A stretch of DNA of 32,300 nucleotides from Candidatus Woesearchaeota archaeon (GTDB lineage: Archaea; Nanobdellota; Nanobdellia; Woesearchaeales; ARS49): NCBI GenBank assembly GCA_026394935.1, contig JAPLZR010000119.1, positions 1 through 32,300 on the forward strand, given 5' to 3'. The notes beneath the pieces are model-generated. The model saw only the letters and a program-made list of their open reading frames with translations. It did no database searches and had not been told where the DNA came from. This document shows, piece by piece, positions 25,909 through 32,300 of this stretch. A program made the translations under genes and the position numbers. Each line of letters starts with the position of its first letter. The stretch's first letter is position 1.

Positions 25909-25940
25909 GTAAGACAAGGTAAGACAAGGTAATTTAAATA
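25909..25940 (-). promoter_or_regulatory. 10-bp direct repeats between the TATA box and start codon (candidate RHH operator)
   Basis: GTAAGACAAG x2 plus GTAA at 25909-25932, adjacent to a TATTTAAA box (minus strand) at 25933-25940. Confidence 0.6.
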
Positions 25941-26003
25941 CTTTTTGGTTTGTCAACAAAAACTGAGCAAACACTTAAAAATCACACCTATATATGCCGG
26001 AAT

Positions 26004-26690
26004 ATGGACGTCCAATACAAAATCTTCGAGCTATTCATCAAAAACAAGAGATTAAGGTTCTCAGACATAGAAAAAGCACTGGAAATGAAAAGCAACCTGC
26101 TTTCCTATCATTTAGACGGACTGGTAAAACAAGGAATGCTCACAAAAGAATACGATGACTACATTCTAACAAAAAATGCAGAAACAATGATGCCGATATT
26201 TGCGCAAATAACAGGCAAAGAAAAAGGAGTACTGCCAGTAGTGCTAATGGCAATACTGAATGAAGGCAAAATACTGCTGTTGAAACGAAGCAAAAGACCA
26301 TACCAAGGATACTGGGGAATGCCAGGAGGAAAATTGCAGTTACAGGAAAGCATACCAGACTGCGCTTTACGCGAAGCAGAAGAAGAAACAGGACTGAAAT
26401 GCAGTTACTCACACACAGCAGCAGTAGTACACGAACGAGTCAAAGAAAATGAGGAATACAAACACGCATTCGTACTGTTCCTGACAGTACTTAAGCCGGA
26501 ATCAATCAAGCTCAAAGAAAGCGAAGAAGGAAAACTCGAATGGTTCCCATTGGACAATTTACAGTCAGACAGAATAATACCATCAGACTATAACATGATA
26601 AAAGAGCACATAGAACAAAAGACCCAAGTAAGCAATGTAATCATGGAAGAAAACAGCGAAGGACAACTCGTATCATTCACAAAAAAATAA
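26004..26690 (+). CDS. Winged-helix (ArsR-like) plus NUDIX hydrolase fusion
   Basis: LRFSDIEKALEMKSNLLSYHLDGLVKQGML (wHTH) and Nudix box GGKLQLQESIPDCALREAEEETG. ATG 26004 is preferred over TTG 25950. Confidence 0.85.
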   Translation: MDVQYKIFELFIKNKRLRFSDIEKALEMKSNLLSYHLDGLVKQGMLTKEYDDYILTKNAETMMPIFAQITGKEKGVLPVVLMAILNEGKILLLKRSKRPYQGYWGMPGGKLQLQESIPDCALREAEEETGLKCSYSHTAAVVHERVKENEEYKHAFVLFLTVLKPESIKLKESEEGKLEWFPLDNLQSDRIIPSDYNMIKEHIEQKTQVSNVIMEENSEGQLVSFTKK

Positions 26691-26707
26691 GAAAAAATAA
26701 ATAAAAA

Positions 26708-27028
26708 TTAAAACTTAAACTTCTCAGCAAACTTGCCAATCAAAGGAGTAGGCTTCTCAGCACCGCTCAAAGAGTTGATAATTGCAATAATCCACAATAC
26801 CAACATTGCCAAGCTACCCAAAGGCAGGATGATAAACCAGCCGATAAGAGGCAGGAATGTGCCGATAATGTACACAATTACCCAAGCGATGAAAATAACC
26901 AAACCCTGCTTTGCATAATACATCGCGTACTTGTCAGTCTTGCGCGTCAAAAGGACAATCAGAAAACCAATCAGTCCCAAGAACACTCCCAAAAATGCAA
27001 ATAACTTACTATCAGATTCTTTAGCCAT
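26708..27028 (-). CDS. DUF4870/Tic20-like membrane protein
   Basis: SKLFAFL...YYAKQGLVIF...IINSLSG..KPTPLIG; GAGGTG RBS. Confidence 0.8.
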   Translation of the reverse strand: MAKESDSKLFAFLGVFLGLIGFLIVLLTRKTDKYAMYYAKQGLVIFIAWVIVYIIGTFLPLIGWFIILPLGSLAMLVLWIIAIINSLSGAEKPTPLIGKFAEKFKF

Positions 27029-27140
27029 ACTAAATCACCTCTGTTTTATAGTACTGACTGGCAGGGCTTTAAAATAGTTGCGGTTAAACACAGTGCTATT
27101 GAATAGTAGTAGTGAACCATTAAAAAAGCTCATGTGATTA

Positions 27141-27536
27141 ATGCCAAATATGTTGACGGCATTGCATTTCAGCAATATGGCTTCCTTGATGTACATTATT
27201 GCATCAATCATGCTAATCGCTGCCTGCTTTCTGCTGTACAGCGCGCACAAACTATTCAAGCCAGGAGATGTAACAGCAATAACTTTAAGCATGGTGATAG
27301 CGGGCATAGCACTGCTTGCAGCACGCCTGCTGGCAATAGTTGACGGCAGCATATTCCAAATACAAAACTTTGCCTTTTACAGAGCAATACTGGCAATAAT
27401 ATCTGCACTCGCATTCCTGGTGTTCGCAGTCAAATTCTACCAGTTCGCAGAACAATACGGACTGCAGGTATGCAATGTAAAAAAATCAAAATCACAAAAC
27501 AAAATAGCCAAAGCGCTTGGAGGTAGAGTATGTTAG
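27141..27536 (+). CDS. Hypothetical membrane protein
   Basis: Three hydrophobic segments; overlaps the next gene; start uncertain. Confidence 0.7.
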   Translation: MPNMLTALHFSNMASLMYIIASIMLIAACFLLYSAHKLFKPGDVTAITLSMVIAGIALLAARLLAIVDGSIFQIQNFAFYRAILAIISALAFLVFAVKFYQFAEQYGLQVCNVKKSKSQNKIAKALGGRVC

Positions 27537-27808
27537 ACTTTCTATTCTGGCTGCAATTACTAGGAATTGCAGGAGAAGTACTGATATCAGGCTTAGGTGT
27601 AGGCATAGCAATGCGCTCAAAATCATCAGTAGGATGGTATATGGGAGCAAGCTTCCTGCTATACGCGCTATACGACTTCATACAGCTCGGAAGAGCAGTT
27701 GGAAGCTGGGCAATAGAACTAACCCCAATGATGATTGGAATAGTATACTTCGCAGCAGTCATCACAATGGTAATAGCTGCCTGGAAAATATACAAAGCAC
27801 TAGATTAA
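27530..27808 (+). CDS. Hypothetical membrane protein
   Basis: 92 aa with three hydrophobic segments and a GGAGGT RBS. Confidence 0.75.
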   Translation: MLDFLFWLQLLGIAGEVLISGLGVGIAMRSKSSVGWYMGASFLLYALYDFIQLGRAVGSWAIELTPMMIGIVYFAAVITMVIAAWKIYKALD

Positions 27809-27823
27809 AAAAAATAAAATATT

Positions 27824-28939
27824 TTATTTTCTTTTTCTAACAACAAACAATACCAAACCGCCAGCAAGCAATACTGCTAATAACAAAGTTGCAAGGCTGA
27901 ACTCTGGGGCAACACCTACTGGACCATTGAAATCATAATCATAAACCTGATTGTATCCGGTGGCATCGTTCTTGGTGAAAGCAATACGGGAATCATCAGA
28001 ATTATACTGAGGAACCTGGTTGTCAAACGCATCTGAAATAATCGATGTAGGAACGCCTCCAGAAGAAGACACAGTATAAATCGCACCTGTAGCCCAATCA
28101 GTCATCACATAAAGAATAGTGCTTCCATCAATGCTTCATTGAGGGTTAATAAGACTGAAGCTCGGGTCGGCCAAAATCTGCACCTCAGCACCACCAGCAG
28201 AAGGCACCTTCCAAAGCTCATAATTATTAGAAGTGGAATTAAATCTTGAGTAAACAACCCACGCATCATCAGGACTCCACTGAGGATACTCGTGGTCTTC
28301 AGCAAAACTGGTCAAGTTAGTTTCATTAGCCCCATTAGAATCAACAATACCTATTTGTATATTGCCTGCAAGAGAAGAAGACGCCTCATAAACAAGACGA
28401 GTGCCAGCATGATTCCAGCGCGGAACCTCATGATCATATGTCTTGTTAGTGAGATTGGTTTCAGCACCACCAGCAGAACTAACAACCGCAATCTGGTTGT
28501 TATTACTAAATGCCGGGTCAATATAGTATGCAATCAGCGTACCAGCAGGATTGTACTCCGGTCTACTGTGACTGTAAGCAGCATTACTGGTCAATCGAGT
28601 CTGAACCTGAGTGCCCACATTCATCTTAAAAATCTGATACTTGGTACCATTAAGCTTCTGAAAAGCAACATCAGCACCATCAGGACTCCAAACCGGGAAA
28701 TCTTTGAAATACGGGTCTGTAGCATCAGTAGTCAAACTAGTCTGAACACCTGCAGTAGTTACAATACCAATCTGCATGTCCACAAGATCCTGATAAGAAT
28801 ACAGGATAGTGGTATCGTCAGGACTCCACATGGGAGTATACTTGCCATTCGCATCAGAAGTCAAAGCAGTCTCCTGAGCAAAAGCAACTCCAGCACATAA
28901 CAAGAACGCAATTAACAGCAGTATTTTCTTCATAAGCAA
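27824..28939 (-). CDS. TolB-like (PD40 repeat) beta-propeller surface protein with a PEF-CTERM-like anchor, interrupted by an in-frame TGA at 28136-28138
   Basis: Signal peptide; repeats PMWSPDD, PVWSPDG, PEYNPAG, PRWNHAG, PQWSPDD, PQ*SIDG and PQYNSDD; C-terminus APEFS-hydrophobic helix-RKRK. Both ORF pieces share one frame. Confidence 0.85.
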
Positions 28940-29024
28940 TCACCTTCTTTTGATATTACCTAATGTTTTTTTTGAATATATAAAGGTTTCTTAAGCAAAG
29001 TTTAAATACAAAGTTTACGAAGAA

Positions 29025-30254
29025 ATGATGAAAAGAGGAAAATTGATAACATTCAAGTACGACAACTGTTTAATACCGAAAAACAAGATATTCTCAACAG
29101 AAAAAAAACTCATACCGGAAATAAAAAAACTGGAAAACTACGAATGCGTAAAACTGCCGGATGAAAACAAAATTCTCCATGTAGTGGAAGCAGCAATAGC
29201 AATGAAAAAGAAATTACGCCCACAATTAATCGTTGTAACAGGAATAGGCGGAAGCAACCTCGGAACAATGGCAGTACAAGAAGCACTGCTCGGAAAACAC
29301 GCACCAATACTATACGCAGACACAGTAGACCCAGATGCCTTACAATATATAATGGAAGCAATGCAAAACGTATTACGACAAGGACAACAAGTCATTCTAA
29401 ACGTAGTCAGCAAAAGCGGAACGACAACAGAAACCATAGCAAACTTTGAAGTCTTATTGAATGTTCTCAAAAGACACAGAAAAGACGCAGAAAAATACGT
29501 AGTAGCCACAACAGACAAAGACAGCAAACTATGGCAGTTAGCAGTAAAAAACAATTTCTCAGTACTAGAAATACCAAAAAACGTGGGAGGAAGGTACAGC
29601 ATATTCACGCCAGCAGGACTATTCCCACTAGGAATGCTAGGAATCGACCTGAAAGAACTATTGGGCGGAGCAGCACAAATGAAACAAGACTGCCTAGCAC
29701 TAAAAAATAACCCAGCAGCAATAGGAGCAAGCATATTGTATCTCCAAAACAGAAACATCTACGACAGCTTCTACTTCGCAACAGAACTCGAAAGTTTAGG
29801 AAAATGGCACAGACAATTACTAGCAGAAAGCACAGGCAAAACAAACAAAGCAATAACACCAACAGTAAGCATAGGAAGCACAGACCTCCACAGCGTAGCA
29901 CAATTATACTTAGGAGGACCGCAAGACAAGTTCACAAACTTCGTCACAACACACTTCAACAACACAATAAAAGTACCGTATTACCCAGAATACAACTCAC
30001 TCGTCGAAAACCTGCAAAAAAAAGAACTCAACCACATAATGCACGCAATACTACAAGGAGTAAAAAAAGCATACAAAAAAGGAAAAAGACCATACACAGA
30101 AACACACATCGCCAAGAACGCAGGAGCAATAGGCGCATACATGCAACTAAAAATGATGGAAACAATATTACTGGCAAAACTACTCAAAGTAAACCCGTTC
30201 GACCAGCCCGCAGTAGAAATGTACAAGAAAGAAACGAAAAGATATTTGCATTAA
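29025..30254 (+). CDS. pgi: Glucose-6-phosphate isomerase (PGI superfamily)
   Basis: GIGGSNLG, SKSGTTTET, GGRYS, QLLAESTGK, DLHSVAQLY and NPFDQPAVE..K motifs. Confidence 0.93.
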   Translation: MMKRGKLITFKYDNCLIPKNKIFSTEKKLIPEIKKLENYECVKLPDENKILHVVEAAIAMKKKLRPQLIVVTGIGGSNLGTMAVQEALLGKHAPILYADTVDPDALQYIMEAMQNVLRQGQQVILNVVSKSGTTTETIANFEVLLNVLKRHRKDAEKYVVATTDKDSKLWQLAVKNNFSVLEIPKNVGGRYSIFTPAGLFPLGMLGIDLKELLGGAAQMKQDCLALKNNPAAIGASILYLQNRNIYDSFYFATELESLGKWHRQLLAESTGKTNKAITPTVSIGSTDLHSVAQLYLGGPQDKFTNFVTTHFNNTIKVPYYPEYNSLVENLQKKELNHIMHAILQGVKKAYKKGKRPYTETHIAKNAGAIGAYMQLKMMETILLAKLLKVNPFDQPAVEMYKKETKRYLH

Positions 30255-30982
30255 GAAAACAAGCCGACAAACCAAGACCACAAACCAGCCCAAAAACCTT
30301 TCTGCTTCGGCAACTCTTCCAACGGCTCATACGGCCCAACACTCTGCTTCGGTTTTGAAACGTTCGACACGTTCAAAGGCACTGAAACAGTCACATTCTT
30401 AGGAACATAAGAAACATTTGAAACAGTTTTATTAACTGGCTGATTAACAACAGACTGATTCTTTTTTTCATAATACCTAGGAACAGAACCCGAATTAGAA
30501 TTAACCACGAACTCCTTCGAATTAACGATTTTCAAGTTAGAATTAGCCAAAAACTTCGCAGCAGCATTACGGTCCTTCTCGCTAAGACCAGTAACGAGCA
30601 ACTGCACTTTTCCATTGTTCTCAAACAACTTAATGTAGCCAACACTCCCTGCCAAATCCTTATAACATGGCTCAGGACCAGCCATCAACTGGTAAGCAGC
30701 ACGATTATCACAAGGACTGCCAACAACAATAGCGTTCTTTGAAGAAACATCAGCAATCTCAGTATCCAATTTAGAAGTCCCAACTTCAGTAGTCACATTC
30801 TCAAACCTGGCAAGACTTGACGAAATAATCGTAGCAGAAACAACATCCAAAGCAGGAGATTCCTCGCCAATAACATAAAGAGCGCTGAATTTACCATCCT
30901 TCACAAAAAAAGAAGGCCAGTCAGAAATTGTAACTGCAGAAACAACCGGAATCAGAATCAACAACAACAGCCAAACTTTCAT
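30251..30982 (-). CDS. S-layer-protein-like secreted protein
   Basis: Signal peptide; VIGEESPALDVVSA, KLDTEI and NAIVVGSPCDN resemble conserved archaeal S-layer terminal regions; many N-x-S/T sequons in the tail. Confidence 0.65.
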   Translation of the reverse strand: MKVWLLLLILIPVVSAVTISDWPSFFVKDGKFSALYVIGEESPALDVVSATIISSSLARFENVTTEVGTSKLDTEIADVSSKNAIVVGSPCDNRAAYQLMAGPEPCYKDLAGSVGYIKLFENNGKVQLLVTGLSEKDRNAAAKFLANSNLKIVNSKEFVVNSNSGSVPRYYEKKNQSVVNQPVNKTVSNVSYVPKNVTVSVPLNVSNVSKPKQSVGPYEPLEELPKQKGFWAGLWSWFVGLFS

Positions 30983-31034
30983 AACTTCAAGATGAACAAT
31001 TACTTATTTAAAGATTATTATTTGAAATAGCGTT

Positions 31035-31640
31035 ATGAAACAGATAATACTCTTATTGCTGCTAATCAGCTGTGCATACGACCCGACAGCAGCACGCTAT
31101 ATAGTAGACGGAGACACGTTTGCTCTCAACAACGGCGATATCGTAAGACTGCAAGGGATTGACACGCCAGAACAAGGAGACATAAATTACGACAAAACAG
31201 CATACGAACTGCAAAACAAACTGATAGGCAAAAAACTAAGCTTTGAAGGCACAACAGATGACTTTTACGGCAGAAAAGTAAGATTCGTGTTTGCAGACGG
31301 AAATAATGTTAACATTGAAATGGTACGCGAAGGATTGGCAATAGCATTCATGCACAAAGGAACAAAATACGAACAGCAAATAGAACTCGCACAACACGAA
31401 GCAAGAATACAAAAAATAGGAATGTGGAAGGTAGATGATGCGAGTTACAAAAGACTAAGCCATAGGTGCCTGGAACTCGGGTGTCCAACAGGAACAATAG
31501 CAGTGGCAAGTAAACAAGGAGAAGCATTCTACAACTGCGCATGCAGTGCAACAAACCTGATAAGCAAAGAGAATATTGAATGCTTCACAACAATAGAAGA
31601 CGCAATAGCGCAAAGATTAAGAGAAGCAAGAAAGTGCTAA
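31035..31640 (+). CDS. Thermonuclease (SNase) family protein, predicted lipoprotein, with an Ada-metal-binding-like C-terminal domain
   Basis: IVDGDTF, VRLQGIDTPE, DFYGR and NVNIEMVREGLA motifs; LISC lipobox-like site; tail VASKQG..FY..C...ISKENI..F.T.EDA. Confidence 0.85.
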   Translation: MKQIILLLLLISCAYDPTAARYIVDGDTFALNNGDIVRLQGIDTPEQGDINYDKTAYELQNKLIGKKLSFEGTTDDFYGRKVRFVFADGNNVNIEMVREGLAIAFMHKGTKYEQQIELAQHEARIQKIGMWKVDDASYKRLSHRCLELGCPTGTIAVASKQGEAFYNCACSATNLISKENIECFTTIEDAIAQRLREARKC

Positions 31641-31999
31641 TAATTAAGACTCGTTGAACCAACAACACAACAATACTTCTTCAACTTTTCATCAAAAATA
31701 CACGGGTCAACACTCCTATCAGCCTGCTGCTTGTTAAAACTGCAATCCAACTTATCCTTATTTGAGTAAATATAGTCAGACAAACGCTGGTTTCTCACAG
31801 CCTCACCATACTTAACCCCTCCTACAGAAGAAGGACTCTCATACATGGCCTTTTTCATACCGCCGCCATACAGCTTTGAAGCATAACCATAACCGTAGGA
31901 CCTGTAAGCACCTGCACCAGTAATAGAATCTATATACATAACTGCAAATACTGAAAATGCAACAATTCCAAAAATAGCTATAATGGCAGCTTTCGTCAT
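31637..31999 (-). CDS. Hypothetical membrane-anchored protein
   Basis: N-terminal hydrophobic helix followed by ITGA, a Cys-containing tail, and TTTATATA upstream on the minus strand. Confidence 0.7.
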   Translation of the reverse strand: MTKAAIIAIFGIVAFSVFAVMYIDSITGAGAYRSYGYGYASKLYGGGMKKAMYESPSSVGGVKYGEAVRNQRLSDYIYSNKDKLDCSFNKQQADRSVDPCIFDEKLKKYCCVVGSTSLNY

Positions 32000-32072
32000 C
32001 TCTTTTCAAGATTTCAATAGTATCAGTGTATATAAATGTTTGGAACGGTTGTTTAGGCTTCGCAATTATTTC

Positions 32073-32099
32073 AGGGGGCACTCAATCGCCGTGCCCCCT
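32073..32099. other. GC-rich 9-bp hairpin downstream of the tRNA
   Basis: AGGGGGCAC-N9-GTGCCCCCT. Confidence 0.5.
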
Positions 32100-32117
32100 T
32101 AAACCCCTGGCGAATCA

Positions 32118-32249
32118 TGCAGAGGGCAGGATTTGAACCTGCGAACTCACTAAGAGACAAGCTGTTCCGAGCGATGCGAGGAACTTTCGACAAAGCCCCT
32201 TTGTCGCTACCTGAAGCTTGCGCCTTTGACCAAGCTTGGCTACCTCTGC
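32118..32249 (-). tRNA. tRNA-Leu (anticodon CAG) with a 46-nt intron at 37/38 (32164-32209); CCA not encoded
   Basis: Acceptor GCAGAGG/CCTCTGC plus discriminator A; D-stem GCC/GGC; anticodon stem CAAGC/GCTTG; anticodon at 32211-32213; long variable arm; T-arm GCAGG-TTCAAAT-CCTGC; 86 nt after splicing. Confidence 0.93.
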
Positions 32250-32300
32250 GCACTAAACCGGTCTTCACCAGCATATAAAAACCTTTTTAAATACAGAACA

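Noticed and set aside
28136-28138. Selenocysteine at the in-frame TGA
   Set aside because: The position corresponds to the Trp/Tyr of PD40 repeats, not a catalytic Cys, and no SECIS-like element was recognised.
32071-32274. 67-aa minus-strand ORF
   Set aside because: It overlaps the tRNA-Leu gene completely.
1-32300. Genome-wide stop codon reassignment (code 4/25 or TAA recoding)
   Set aside because: Conserved genes end at their expected C-termini with TGA (lig, purL, purQ) and TAA (ileS, pgi), and TGG is used for Trp throughout.

Overview
This is an archaeal chromosomal segment, most consistent with a DPANN (Woesearchaeota-like) genome. The archaeal call rests on TATA-type promoters, GAGGTG ribosome-binding sites, an ATP-dependent DNA ligase, an intron-containing tRNA-Leu(CAG), an S-layer-like protein and a PEF-CTERM surface protein; the lineage call is inference. 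It carries ileS, adk, lig and pgi. It also has a tightly coupled minus-strand nucleotide-biosynthesis operon: a PyrE-like/PyrF fusion, purL, purQ, a PurM-like protein with a duplicated N-terminal domain, purN and an IMP cyclohydrolase-like gene. Several toxin-antitoxin-type modules with candidate operators, Cys-rich secreted proteins and small membrane proteins fill the rest. Five oddities stand out. (1) Three otherwise intact minus-strand genes, including the essential ileS, each contain one in-frame stop (241-243 TAA, 3213-3215 TAA, 28136-28138 TGA). (2) The PurM-like protein appears to split its conserved motifs between two tandem N-domains. (3) adk has an in-frame internal deletion. (4) A ~95-nt four-way-junction element at 24816-24911 shares a CGCTTTGC motif with a hairpin pair at ~12976-13030. 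(5) Degenerate ~21-bp repeats lie next to the TA genes. No CRISPR array, rRNA, integrase or transposase was seen. All protein calls come from motif recognition, not database searches.
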